DNA of 64,000 bases from a virus (lineage: Duplodnaviria; Caudoviricetes): positions 854-64,853 of the IMG/VR virus record IMGVR_UViG_3300031867_000048; one strand, written 5' to 3'. The position numbers and the translations under genes are program-made. Positions 9,324 to 21,300 of the stretch are shown piece after piece. The notes under the pieces are model-generated. The model searched no databases. It was not told where the DNA came from and saw nothing but the letters and a program-made list of their open reading frames with translations. Positions within the stretch are counted from its first letter, which is position 1, and each line of letters begins with the position of its first letter.

Positions 9324-9818
9324 ATGACAGAGATAAAAGCTTTCGTGGTGTCGTTCTTCTGTGGCGTATTCACACTGCTGGCACCGATACACAACTTCAT
9401 GTACGCCATGCTGTTCATCTTCTCGTTGAACTTCATTGCGGGCTTCACTGCCGACTGGATAGACATCAAACGCAAAGACCCAGATGCTAATCCCTGGAAC
9501 AACAAGAAAGCGCTGATGTTCTTCGTGTGCTGCCTGTTTTTCTTCGTCATCGCTGCCTGCGCATTCATTGTGGGCTATCTGATGGGCGAACAGGAACAGG
9601 CCAAGGCTGTAGTACAATATATGTGCTGGATAGCCATCGTGGTCTTTGCCATCAACATCTTCCGCAACCTCAGGAAGGTAGCCCCAAAAGGTACGACGTG
9701 GTATCGCTTCTTCGACATCTGCTACTACGTATTGTCAGTACAGTTCATTGAGAAATTACCGTTTGTCAAGAAATACCTTGACGAAAACAAAGAAGAGTAT
9801 GAAAATAGACCTGCATAG
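9324..9818 (+). CDS. Holin-like membrane protein
   Basis: 3-4 hydrophobic segments and a charged C-terminus; overlaps the putative lysin gene. Confidence 0.65.
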   Translation: MTEIKAFVVSFFCGVFTLLAPIHNFMYAMLFIFSLNFIAGFTADWIDIKRKDPDANPWNNKKALMFFVCCLFFFVIAACAFIVGYLMGEQEQAKAVVQYMCWIAIVVFAINIFRNLRKVAPKGTTWYRFFDICYYVLSVQFIEKLPFVKKYLDENKEEYENRPA

Positions 9819-10233
9819 AAAATGGCGCAAAACTGGCTACTCAATAGGTATCCTCTCCATCGACGGCAACCGCATCTGCGAGACGCTGGAAGATCAGGAC
9901 AGGGGACTGAAAGCAGAACTCTCTCCTGCCACCATCAAACAGCTGAAGGTGAAAGGCGAGACGGCAATACCCGTAGGAACCTATCAGGTAGTGATAACCT
10001 ACAGTCCGCGTTTCAAGAAGAACCTTCCACTGCTGTTAGGTGTGCCAGGATATGAGGGTGTGCGCATCCATTCTGGCAACCGTGCAAAAGACACAGAAGG
10101 ATGCATCCTCTGCGGACGTAATACGGCTCCTGGCACTGTCACCGACTCTCGCATCTGGACTGGAGTGGTCATAGCACAAATCGAGAAGGCTATCAAGCAA
10201 AACGAGAAAGTAACCATCACCATACACTACTAA
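9799..10233 (+). CDS. DUF5675-family putative endolysin
   Basis: SIGILSIDG..CETLED..ETAIPVGTYQV..VRIHSGN...DTEGCILCG pattern; next to the holin. Confidence 0.8.
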   Translation: MKIDLHRKWRKTGYSIGILSIDGNRICETLEDQDRGLKAELSPATIKQLKVKGETAIPVGTYQVVITYSPRFKKNLPLLLGVPGYEGVRIHSGNRAKDTEGCILCGRNTAPGTVTDSRIWTGVVIAQIEKAIKQNEKVTITIHY

Positions 10234-10317
10234 CCGTTGTACATGGTCAAAATCGCAAGCAGTAATAAATGGTTGATTGTCTTTTTTATATAAAATGAAT
10301 AGTGTTTATCTTTGTAG

Positions 10318-10405
10318 AAATTAGTTTAGAGTAGATTGTTTTAGGTTAGTAGTTTTTTATGGTTAACAAGAAAGGATGCCGTCTGTGAAGATAGCATCCT
10401 TTTTC
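10318..10405 (+). ncRNA. Candidate small RNA (U/G-rich 5' part, GUGA-tetraloop terminator)
   Basis: TATCTTTG at 10307-10314, no ORF, ends in GGATGCCGTCT-GTGA-AGATAGCATCC-TTTTT. Confidence 0.65.
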
Positions 10406-10411
10406 TTTCAG

Positions 10412-10436
10412 TGTGCCTGCTGTCTTTGTCAGCGGG
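10412..10436 (+). repeat. Footed hairpin element (intergenic)
   Basis: TGTG-CCTGCTG-TCTTTGT-CAGCGGG. Confidence 0.75.
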
Positions 10437-10437
10437 T

Positions 10438-13359
10438 CTACAGCTTCGCATACTTGTTGATGGCCTCCATCTCTACCTGCTGGTATTCTTCTGACGGCTT
10501 CATCTGCATATACACAGCAATCCTGAAGAACCTGTACGGACGACCTGGCATGTAGTTATAGAACCACCTGTTGGATGTCCCCAGACTCTGCCAACTCCGC
10601 TGGTCGTTGCTACCAAAGACATACATGGTGGGGGCAACAGCACTGTCAGCATACTGCGTGTATCCTCTGATTACATCCATCGTGTCTGAGAATGTCAGTG
10701 TGCGCGTTATGATCAGTCCTGGCACGGTGGGCGTATCAACACCACCAGCATAACCATACGTCTTGTCAAGTATCATCACCTTGCCGTCACCCAACTGCAC
10801 AAACGGCGACGGATAGCCAGGAATGACGGCTTTGATATTTGGAATAGCCATCGTGCTCCATGCCTCATCTCTGATACTGAAGACCATGGCCACGCCAGCA
10901 TCCACTGTGCCTTCTGCATTAGCTGCAGGTAATACCACTATCCTCTTCGAAGCATAGTCGTAGAACACACTGCCCTGATTGAACAGCTGTACTGCTGGCG
11001 GCATCTGGGCCAACAGCTTGTTGATGGTCTGCTGTGCTACCGTGCCGTTACTGGGGAATGCTGCTACCAGTGTGGGTAACAGGGTGCTCCAGTTTGGTAT
11101 GGGGCCATCCAGCACCTCCGATATGCTCAGCACGTCACTTTCTACAAACCTCGACAGGTTCCTCTCCGTGGCAAACACTACGCTCTGGTCTAGCTGGCAG
11201 ATAGTTTTCGGGTTGCTGCATACCTCTCTAGATATGTTGTGGATGGCGCTATACAGTCCTGTGGAGGCCACCTTCATTACCCAAATACCATCCGTAGAGA
11301 AAGCTATCAGGTCATGGTCACCAACCTGTCCCTGAGACAACGCTCTGGTAACAGCACCCACTCCTTTAATCTTCCCATTACCCACACTATTACGTCCTTC
11401 TACTGGGAAGAAGTACGGGTCATCCACCTCAGATGTCAGTATCTTGTTCGGCATGGGGAATGTATCCATACCAGAAGGAGGATATGGCGCTGGGGCTGTA
11501 ATATCTCCTGTGAGCTGCGTCTTGTAGAACAGACTTGTAGACACTGCCCCGTTTAAGAAGTTGCAAGGCTCCATAGATAATGTCAACATATAGTTGTCAG
11601 TCTTACTATAGTATATCATCATCTTGGTTGCGCGACTGTCAGGATAGTAGAATAAAGCGTTGCACAAGCAATACTCGCGAATGAATCCTCCATAATAGGT
11701 GTGGACGTACTTTTTGCCGTCTTCTGTCTCTAGTTCTACATACACATCTTTAACTCTTACAATGTCAAGATAATCCGTGTCGTCTGGACTAAGTGGTATA
11801 GGATCTGCCTCGTTGATCATTGTGGCGATATTGAAGCCTTGGAATAGTTGCTCCTGCATGCCAAACAAGTTCAAGCGATGGTTATACACATACATACCAC
11901 TCTCGCTGCTTATCGGCGTAAGCTTGTTGTGGGTATGGTATTCATCCCTCTCCATCATTTCCTGGGAGGTTAAGGTCAACACAGCATTTTCGTCAATTTC
12001 TAAATCAGCAAAAGAACCATCTGTACCTATTGTGTCATTTTTAATATCAAAAGACTTGATTTTGTAAAAAGTCGAGCAGTCCTTCAATCGTTGTGTGTAC
12101 TCTTCGTCGCTAGCCATCGGAATAGCAAATTCGTATGTCATCGGGGAAGAAGGGTATGCTCTCCCTTCGTCTGCATCATAATCAACCAGATTTGATTTAA
12201 ACAACGCTGCTTTACTGTCACGAATACCATTATTAGGTATCTCTGGCTTTGCTGACTCTATCAACTCATCTATCTTCTCTCTGGCCATCATGGGTGATAC
12301 AAAGATGTCAATGGACTTGACAATGTCAGACCAGTCTTCTTTCAGACTGTTCAAGGCAGTATTGCTGACGTCTGTTCCAATTGTAGAATACCTAATGTTT
12401 ACATTGTTGGGCTTGTATACAAAGCCAAACCCTCTAATAGCAACACTTTGCCCATTAAGTTCGGCAACGCCATTATAGTCTCCACCCAGGTTTGTGACTT
12501 CTGTAATTCCACTATGAACGTACTTAACCAAATTTGCAGTATATACTCGATAACTCTTTGGTGATGAAATATTCATAAAGACGGGTGCCGAATGCATTGT
12601 TATAGAACCATCATACAAACGGTAACAATAGCGAATAAGAAATGGAGCGTAGAAACGGTCTTTTTCGGCAATCTCATGATTTATCTTATTAACTAGAGCT
12701 TTTATGCCCTCAGAAACGGATGACTTGTAACTCTCTTTAATACCAACTTCAGTTCCGTAAGACCATTCTGTGATGGGATCATCTGGGGATGTTCCTTCCC
12801 AATAGTCCCAAGCGGTTGATCCCCCTACTTTCCCGACTAAATCTGATAAAGTAAAATCTTCGTCGTGGTTCTCAGACGGTCTAAATTTTAAGTCAAGGAA
12901 AGGTATCTGGTTACCAATATACTTATATCCTTCGTCAACACTTTTCCATAGGATATAGTGCACACCACTTTTATTCAGCACTACCAGCGTATTACCTACA
13001 CTCTCAATGGAGATAACCTCGTCGCCTTCGTCAAAGGTATGAAAAGGAGTACCGCCAGTGGTACCAGCTGTGCCGTCTTCATGATACCAAAACAGGTATG
13101 GACGGTTGTAGGCCATTTGCACACCGATAAAGTGCCTGTAACTGGGTGTATCATGTACGTACTTCAGCGTAGAAGCTAGCGTAGAGTCCACCATCTCACC
13201 TTGCACTTCGTGTTGCACCATACTACCCTCCAGTACGCTGGGCCTCAGCGCTCCATCATGAAGCTCCACATTGGCACACAGCGCCAGCTCACCATGCGAT
13301 GCCGACTGCTCATCCTTGTTCAGCGATAACCCCTTGAAACGAATTACTTCCTTTGCCAT
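10438..13359 (-). CDS. Tail/portal-stabilisation-like structural protein
   Basis: About 970 aa, beta-rich, own late promoter; central part (about 11900-13080) visibly more AT-rich. Confidence 0.6.
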   Translation of the reverse strand: MAKEVIRFKGLSLNKDEQSASHGELALCANVELHDGALRPSVLEGSMVQHEVQGEMVDSTLASTLKYVHDTPSYRHFIGVQMAYNRPYLFWYHEDGTAGTTGGTPFHTFDEGDEVISIESVGNTLVVLNKSGVHYILWKSVDEGYKYIGNQIPFLDLKFRPSENHDEDFTLSDLVGKVGGSTAWDYWEGTSPDDPITEWSYGTEVGIKESYKSSVSEGIKALVNKINHEIAEKDRFYAPFLIRYCYRLYDGSITMHSAPVFMNISSPKSYRVYTANLVKYVHSGITEVTNLGGDYNGVAELNGQSVAIRGFGFVYKPNNVNIRYSTIGTDVSNTALNSLKEDWSDIVKSIDIFVSPMMAREKIDELIESAKPEIPNNGIRDSKAALFKSNLVDYDADEGRAYPSSPMTYEFAIPMASDEEYTQRLKDCSTFYKIKSFDIKNDTIGTDGSFADLEIDENAVLTLTSQEMMERDEYHTHNKLTPISSESGMYVYNHRLNLFGMQEQLFQGFNIATMINEADPIPLSPDDTDYLDIVRVKDVYVELETEDGKKYVHTYYGGFIREYCLCNALFYYPDSRATKMMIYYSKTDNYMLTLSMEPCNFLNGAVSTSLFYKTQLTGDITAPAPYPPSGMDTFPMPNKILTSEVDDPYFFPVEGRNSVGNGKIKGVGAVTRALSQGQVGDHDLIAFSTDGIWVMKVASTGLYSAIHNISREVCSNPKTICQLDQSVVFATERNLSRFVESDVLSISEVLDGPIPNWSTLLPTLVAAFPSNGTVAQQTINKLLAQMPPAVQLFNQGSVFYDYASKRIVVLPAANAEGTVDAGVAMVFSIRDEAWSTMAIPNIKAVIPGYPSPFVQLGDGKVMILDKTYGYAGGVDTPTVPGLIITRTLTFSDTMDVIRGYTQYADSAVAPTMYVFGSNDQRSWQSLGTSNRWFYNYMPGRPYRFFRIAVYMQMKPSEEYQQVEMEAINKYAKL
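10906..10929 (+). repeat. Degenerate footed hairpin in coding region (PAANAEGTV)
   Basis: TGTG-CCTTCTG-CATTAG-CTGCAGG. Confidence 0.55.
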
Positions 13360-13377
13360 ATCTTTCTGTTTATTCCG

Positions 13378-13415
13378 CAAAAATATACAATCTACTCATA
13401 ACCAGTGTGATAAAA
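13378..13415 (-). promoter_or_regulatory. Late-type promoter
   Basis: TTTTATCA (13415-13408)-N22-TATTTTTG (13385-13378). Confidence 0.75.
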
Positions 13416-13497
13416 TATGCAATTAAAAAGTTCTATAATCCTTGCAAGTTTGGAAAGAATTAGCTATCTTTGCACCCAGAAACCTAAAACAAGTATT

Positions 13498-15348
13498 ATG
13501 CCATCGAATTTAGATAAAGATAATTCCACTTTCTATATTGCTGCGGATTACGTTCTCAATTGCTCTAAAGAAGATGCGGACATCATCTTCTTGACGGGTA
13601 AGGCAGGTACTGGCAAAACCACATTCCTTAAATACATAGCTAAACACATAAAGAATAGAGTCATATTAGCACCAACTGGAATAGCTGCTATTAATGCTGG
13701 CGGACAAACCATACATTCGTTTTTTCATTTTAATCCTAATGGAATCTATACGCCAGACAATCCCAACCTGAACCCTCGACATATAAGACATCACTTGGGA
13801 TTAAGTGACGAAAGGATAAAAACCATTATGAATATGGAACTCTTGATAATTGACGAGGTTTCAATGTTGAGATGTGAAATGATGGATGCGATAGACTGTG
13901 CTCTAAAAGTTTATCGTAGAAACACAAAACCATTTGGTGGTATCACCACTTTGCTTATTGGAGATGTATTTCAATTGCCACCTGTGGTTAAAAACCAAGA
14001 CAATATACTATATAACTTTTATGAAAGCCCTTTCTTTTTCAGCTCTAATGTGTACAAGAATGCGCAAACAGTTTCTTTTGAATTAGAGAAAGTATATAGA
14101 CAAGAAGACCTGGTGTTTCTTGACGTTCTCAATAATATACGTATCGGCAATTACAACTTGCAAGATATGATGGTTTTAAATTCTCGCGTTGGTCAGAAAG
14201 CTAACATTGGTACCATTTGTCTGTACCCGAATAACAACATGGCTTCCGCATTAAACCAGCAGAAGTTTGACGAAATACGCCATCAAGTATATGTATTTGT
14301 AGGAACTGTAATAAATGAGTTTAACGTTAGGGAAATGTCAAATGTAAGCGAAATCATAAAGCTTAAAGTTGGTGCTCAGGTCATGCTGATGGTTAATTCG
14401 TATACGCCAGATGGGTATTTTGATTACTACAACGGTTCTATCGGGACAATCACGTCAATTGACCCTCAGAAAAGCTGGATAAAAGTAAAGTTGGCAGATA
14501 GCGGAAGGGAGGTTCATGTAGATAAATACACATGGAAGAATGTTCAGCAAGTATATGACGAAGAAAAAGAAAAAATTGTTGAAGTTGAAAAAGGATCATT
14601 TACTCAGATTCCCGTACGGTTAGCCTGGGCTGTCACCATTCATAAAAGTCAGGGGCTGACATTAAATAGCGTTCAGGTAAATGTTAATAGAACATTTGCC
14701 TCAGGACAAACTTATGTAGCGTTAAGCAGGTGTCGCAGTCTTAGCGGTTTATTTCTTGAACAGCCTATAGGATTGGGCACCGTAATAGTTGACCAAAGAG
14801 TGGTTAACTATTACAACTCAATTAAAAACGAAATGCGACATGCCTTAGATGAGGTTGACGCTGTAACAAAACTGTACGAAGTTTCCAAATACGAATTTGA
14901 AAAAGGGAACGCTATTGCAGCTATTAGTTCTTTTTGCAGAGCACGCAAGAGAAATAATTACATGACGCATCTAATCCATAATCGTTATCTAAGATTGGCG
15001 AATATTGCAGTTTCAAAATTCTGGATATACAGAAAAGCGTCTGAATTAGTATCAGATATTAGAGAAAACAATTTACATCTTCAGAAAGAGCTTGACCAAT
15101 TAGAGGACGAACACGAAGAACTTGAAAGAAATAATACTGAGTTATTGTCTTATAATGAAAGTATGCAAAGACATATAAGAACGTTAGAAAACACCAATAC
15201 AATTCTAAAGCTTAACAATAATGAAAAAGAGAATGAAATCACCAAACTAAAAGATAGTCTTCACGACATAAAACAGCGTTTTATCGACAAAACAATTGAA
15301 CTGGATAATTTAAAGTCTCTTCCGTGGTATAAGCGACTTTTCTGGTAA
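13498..15348 (+). CDS. PIF1/RecD-like SF1B helicase with C-terminal coiled coil (moron)
   Basis: LTGKAGTGKT, LAPTGIAA, IIDEVSM, GDVFQLPPV, VYRQ, AWAVTIHKSQGLTL, YVALSR. AT-rich, with host-type promoter CTTG-N20-TATCTTTG and its own terminator. Confidence 0.9.
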   Translation: MPSNLDKDNSTFYIAADYVLNCSKEDADIIFLTGKAGTGKTTFLKYIAKHIKNRVILAPTGIAAINAGGQTIHSFFHFNPNGIYTPDNPNLNPRHIRHHLGLSDERIKTIMNMELLIIDEVSMLRCEMMDAIDCALKVYRRNTKPFGGITTLLIGDVFQLPPVVKNQDNILYNFYESPFFFSSNVYKNAQTVSFELEKVYRQEDLVFLDVLNNIRIGNYNLQDMMVLNSRVGQKANIGTICLYPNNNMASALNQQKFDEIRHQVYVFVGTVINEFNVREMSNVSEIIKLKVGAQVMLMVNSYTPDGYFDYYNGSIGTITSIDPQKSWIKVKLADSGREVHVDKYTWKNVQQVYDEEKEKIVEVEKGSFTQIPVRLAWAVTIHKSQGLTLNSVQVNVNRTFASGQTYVALSRCRSLSGLFLEQPIGLGTVIVDQRVVNYYNSIKNEMRHALDEVDAVTKLYEVSKYEFEKGNAIAAISSFCRARKRNNYMTHLIHNRYLRLANIAVSKFWIYRKASELVSDIRENNLHLQKELDQLEDEHEELERNNTELLSYNESMQRHIRTLENTNTILKLNNNEKENEITKLKDSLHDIKQRFIDKTIELDNLKSLPWYKRLFW

Positions 15349-15353
15349 TAAAT

Positions 15354-15386
15354 ACTCCCAATCTGTACAAACAAATTGGGAGTTTT
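15354..15386 (+). terminator. Intrinsic terminator between convergent genes
   Basis: ACTCCCAAT...ATTGGGAGT followed by TTT. Confidence 0.7.
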
Positions 15387-15394
15387 ATTACCAA

Positions 15395-18300
15395 CTATTG
15401 AGGTGCCTGTATCTCATCAACATCAGCCTGCGCCTTACGGATGGTCTCACGGATTTTTTTCATAACCTCATCCTCGTTCATACCACTACCTAGGCGTTTC
15501 TTCTCCTTGTTTATATCTCTGGTGGCCTTGTTGATTTTCTTATTGATCAACAGCCAGCTACCATAGCGCTCTTTCATGTCAGCATACTTGTCAGTACCTT
15601 TTGCGGCATCCACCTCCTGCTTGAACTTCTTGGCGGTTCTTCCAAGGTCTTTCAGCTTCTCTTCGGCAATGATGTCTTTTGAGGTGGCCAACATAACATA
15701 TCTGGCATTCTCCTTTTCGTCGACACCATCACCGTCAATGAAGTTGTGCACCTTCTCGATAGCTTCCTCACGGGTCATCGCCTTATACTCGCTATCCTTC
15801 AGGTGTTTCTTCAGCTTGTTCAGCAGGACTTTGCGCTCATCAGGATTCGTGGCGGCATCAAACTTCAATGCGGCGCTGCTTAGGTCTGTCACATCGTCTG
15901 TCATCTCACGGCGCTGTGTGGCCTTGATACTAGAGATGGCGGCATTAAGTGCTTTCTCTGCGTCGATACCGTTCATCACACAAGCATTGTAGGTAGCCTC
16001 GATACCGTTCCAGTCACCATCCATGATGAACGTCTCAAAGTAATCTTTGGCCTTATAGCGGCTAAATCCCTTGCTTGATGGCATAAAGAAGTCTAGCCAC
16101 TTGTATTCCTTGTCGGTCTGTGTAGGCATTCCAAACGGAATGAAGTGACGGGCCATGGCTGACAGAGTGGCAACGGTCTTACCGTACTTCTCTCTCAGCT
16201 CCTTGTTCTCATAGCTACCATTGAAACCTCCGATATTCTGTGCGCCCAGGAAGTCTATCACCGTACCGATATTGGGGTTGGCTTTCGACATCATGCGCTG
16301 TATCAGCGGCGATGGGAACTCTACACCGTGACGTCCAATGAATAACTCTGGGAACTCACGGAACTGCTTACCCCAGCGGACATAGGTCTCTGTACCGTCT
16401 GAGTAGCGTCCTGTAAACAGGTGTGTCTGCTGACCAACGGCATTGCCATACATGGTATAGTCATACCACTTCATACCATCAGGATATGCCAGTTCGTATG
16501 GCGACTTGTAGTTAGGATTGGTCTTGCGCTGCTCGTCGGCCTTGGCTTTCTCGTCCTTCTCATCCATCCAGCGCATCAGTGCGTTGATGGCATTGTAGAA
16601 CATGCCAAACCAGATTACTGCACCTATCAGGTAACAGATCTTGGCATTCCTAGAGCGCAAGCGTCTCAGCTCGTTGCTGGCAACGTCCTTACCAAACATG
16701 CGCTGAATGTTATCCCAGTTGTACTTGATGTACTTTCTGAAACCACCATCGCTGTAGATGCTACCAAAACCAAAGTTAGCAAAGAAGTGACGGTTGGTAG
16801 ATATTAACCAGTCAGGACTCAGGAAGAACCTGCGCATCCACTTCAATGTGGCGGGACTAATATTGATAAGCTCCCAGTACTGCCCACCAAACATATCGTT
16901 GACATACTGGCCTGCCTCATCAAGCATGCGCTCACGGGTGTCTTCGTCAAGTCCCTTGTCTGCCACTCTGCGGTCTACCTGTTTTGCAAGCTCCTTGAAA
17001 GCGCACAGCTTCAAACCGTCGTGTAGGTAGTTCCATAGCACGGTGTCAAAACCTTGATTTATCCAGTCCATAAAGATGGCTGCCGGACTACCAACAGTAC
17101 CTGCTGCTTTCTTCCATGCGGCATCATCCATCTGCAACCCCTTGAAGAACTCGCGCATCTTCTTAGTGATAGCATTGACATCGGCTGCTGCATAGTCCTC
17201 AGTGGCCCCCAACTGTACCAGATGCTTGGCGGCTAACTGGAAGTCCTCAGGATGGGTGTAGGCAGGCAGTGCGTTTCCTTTTATGCTGTCAACAATAATG
17301 TACTTAGCCAGATGTTTCAATGCATCGACGGGACCATTCTGTGCGATATCCACCTCCCACAATGCGAGTGCGTGGAAACCACTCAGTGCCAGTTGTATCT
17401 TCTTGGCGGTGCTACTGACAATGTCATAGCCCTTACCGATATTGCTCAGCCACTGTGCGGCATCAGGTGTACGCATCGTACCAAAGATGTTGGCAAAGCG
17501 CTTTTGGATATGTTTCAGCACATACACATCACCTACTCCTGGCACATAGTACTGGGCATACTTGTCACGCAACAGTCCGTCGGGCTTGTCAGTCATCAGC
17601 AACGGCAGGATGGCTTTCACCTCTCCCTCGTCATTCATCTCCTGGACTACCACAAACTTCAGATCGTCCAAGAAGTGACTGTTGGCAACGGCCTCGTTGT
17701 TCTGACGGCTGTAGTGCGCTATCATGTCGGAAATGTCAGTGTACTTAGGAACCAGACCTATGCTGATACCATCCATGTAGGTATCAATCTCACGGTGGCG
17801 CATGTTAGGCGACTTGGTGCGCTGGCGGTTCTCAATATACTGCTCCCATGCTTTTGGGTCGCTCTTCTCCTTATCCCAGACGTGGTTGACATAACCATCG
17901 TCAATGAAACCTGCATCACCTCTCAGGCCAGCATCCTCCAGCACCTGATAGAACTCGTCGTACCATGCCTTGATATGCTCCATGAGCTGCTGCACCTCAG
18001 GCTGTCCTTGGTACTTCTCAGCCCACTCAGGCATCACATCGCCACGACCTGTCACGCTGGCGGTATTCAGCAGACTGCGTATCTGCATGATGTCATCGGC
18101 AAACAGTTTGTTATAGCCTCCCTTGTTCTGGTTCAGCTGGTTCAGCTTCTCTGCAAGCCTTGCAGCGGCCTCGCGGTATGCCTGCTGTGCGTCACCTGTC
18201 GGGTGCTTTTCCTTATAGTCCCAAGCATCGTTGAGTGCTTTCAGCTCGTCCTCAATGGCATCCATGTTGTAGTAGTCAATGAAGGTGTGTGCTTTCTGCA

Positions 18301-21300
18301 CGGCTTCACTCTTATTGACCTCCATCACGGCATTCTCACGCTCTGCCTCCAAGTTCTCCCTGCGACGGTCTGCCTCTATCAGGAATGGCAATGCGGCTCT
18401 CAGCTCTTTACCTGTTGCATCAGGTATCCTTGCTGCCAACTCCTTAGCTACGGCATCACTCTTCTTCACAAAGTCATATACCCAGATAGCATCCTCAGCG
18501 TTGGCACTCTCAAAGTCCTTGCGTCTCTCAATGACTGCCAGCTTAGCCATACGCTTGGCTCCCTCTTCGTCAATCTCAAAACCTTCGGCATCAGCGAGGT
18601 CTTTCTCTGCCAGATACTGGGCCTCCTGCTCAGCATCGGTAAAGGTGGGCTGTGGTTCTACAGTTCCCTCATAGATGCGCTGGTCAACGCTCATCTCCTC
18701 TTGCAGGTCGTAGCGTTCTCTCCATGCGGTATAGGCGGCACGGTAGTCCTCGTTGGCACGTCTCAGATAGTCCATCAGCTTAGGCGCTGTTGACCACATA
18801 TCCTTGTCAGACTCGTACTGTGCCACTCTGACAGCATACTCCTGTGGGGTCTCACCGTCCTGTCGCTTCGGGAAAGCACCTAGTCCGTCGGTTCCACTGA
18901 CTCCATTGTCATCCATCCACTCCTGCAGGGCCTGCTTATAGTCAGCCTCGGCTCTTTCGTGGAAGTCCTCTTCCTTGGGTTCTGGGTCGCCATTCTCCTT
19001 GGCCATACGACGAGCTTCACGCCACTTCTCCCACTCCTTCAGGCGCTGGAAGTACTGTGCCATGCTCTCGCCTTTCTTCTGGCGGGGCTTGCCATTCACG
19101 CTACGCATGATGTCATGGTTACTTGCCTGTGCGGAAAGGTTTGCCCTTTCCGTTTCGCTCATCTTGTCCCACTTCTTCAGCGCTGCACCCGTCTTGACAA
19201 TGTAGTATGCAAGGTCTTTGTCGTTCAGCAGTCCACGTACCTTTGCACCCAACTTATTCAGCAGGGCTATCAGATAGTGCTTCACCTTAGTCCACAAGTC
19301 AAACTCGTCGGCTGTCTTGGGGCCTTCCTCGGCAATGTCAGCCAGTATCTCCTGTGCTGCCTTACTGTAGCGTGCACCATCCATCCACTCTGAGTCTATC
19401 TCGTCGGCCTTGTCAAGGATACGCTTGCGCACATTGTTCTTAGCACTGCGATATACAAACGTACCAAACTTGTTTACCTCATCCTGACCACCCAACAGAT
19501 CTACCAGACCTTCATGACCAAGCTTTTCATGGAAAACGGTACGGACAGCGTCATTGGCATCTTCGATATTATCAAGCAACAGTGTTACGGTATGAGTGTT
19601 GGGGTCGTAGATACCCTTGGTACCTGCTTCTATCTCAGCTTTCAGCTTAGCATCGGCATCAGCAGATGTCACGGCATTGACCTTTACGCCTCCCAGTGCT
19701 TCACCTGCAGCCTCAGCAACATCGGCAAAACCAGTAGTGTCATGTGCTGCAAGCTTCTTACCCTTAGAACGCATGATGTCATGCTCATCTTTCCATTCCT
19801 TATACGCTTCCTGACAGTCCTTACCCATACCCTTGTGTGGCGGCAATATCTTCATGCCTCTCTCAGCGAGTATTGGCAACAGCTTCGGTGGTATGATGTC
19901 GAAGTGGATACCATCGGTACCCTCAAACTCCTTCACCCAATCATCGGCAACCTCTTCCCAGGGAACCATGCGGACGGGCTTATCCCAGCGGCTCAGTATC
20001 AGGTATTCACCCTGCGTACCCCACTTATGCTTACCAACAGGCTTAGCGGCCTTGTCAGCGTGGTACTCACCATTCAGCTCACTCTTCGGATACTCCGTCT
20101 CTACATAGATTAGGTTCGGGCGCTCCCATGCCTGCTTGAACTGCTTATTGACCTTGTTAGGACGGATATGGATATACGGATTGTAGTCCACACCACCTAC
20201 GGGCTTGCCATCAGGCTTGATAAGGTCTATCTTACCTTGCTCGTTAGCCAGCTCAGGATGCTCGTCGCTACGCTCCCACTTACCATACTCAAACGGTGTG
20301 GTAGCCTTCTTACCCTCGCCTTTTTTACCCAGACGGTTAGCCATCGGACTACCCAGCGTGCCGTCCTCGTTGGCTACCACATTCCTGTAGCCAACCTCCT
20401 TCGGTTCCTTATCCAAACGCTTTACGGTCTCAGGGTCATCCTCGATATGGAACATAAGTTCTGCACGCTTCTTGATTTTCAGGTCATCAACATTATATAT
20501 AATATAGGTGGTGCCATCGCTGCCTTTGACCTTAGATCCGACATAACCTAATTCAGAGAATATCTTAGAGACGTCTTCTGATGGAAGAAACTGCTCCATG
20601 ACACCCCTTGCGGCATCACCAGTACCCTCATTAGAGTCTACGATTTTCCACTCATAGTCAATGATGTCGCGGTTCTTCTTCCAGTATTCAGCCTCATCAC
20701 CGCTGTTTATTCTTTCAAAGAAGGCTTTCTTAATATCTTCCTTTTGTTTCTTGGTGAGCTTCTTGTCAAGGTCAAAATAGTTCTTACCAGTATCATCTGG
20801 AATTTCTACCTCATAGACCTGCTTAGCAGGCTGCTCTACAATCTCTTCTTGGAAACCGAGAGTGCCAGGATGCTCTTTCTCCTGAAGCAAATAGTCCATG
20901 GCCTGCTCTGCATTGCTCTTGCCAGCATCAGGAAGAGACCCAAACGGGTTTTTGTCTCTGTGTCTGTTCAGTATTTCAATGGTATGCTCACAGGCTTTGA
21001 TAGCCTCGTCAACATTGTTGTCGGCTTTCTTCAGATATTCGTTAGCCCTGACCAAAGCTGGATCGTGTACTATCTCACCATTAACAGTATAGCCCATTTT
21101 CTGGATAACATTTCTGCGTCTGTCAGAAGACACCTTGGCGTAGTAGCGGGCTGTGCCCTCAGAAGAAGTTACATAAATGCCATGACCAGATACGGCCTGT
21201 CCTTCACCAGAACCGACTTTTGAAAGGTCAAACTTATCAAAGATGGCGCTGCTGCCATGATAGCCTAACATGGCATTGGCATCGTCGTACGGGTCTGCCA

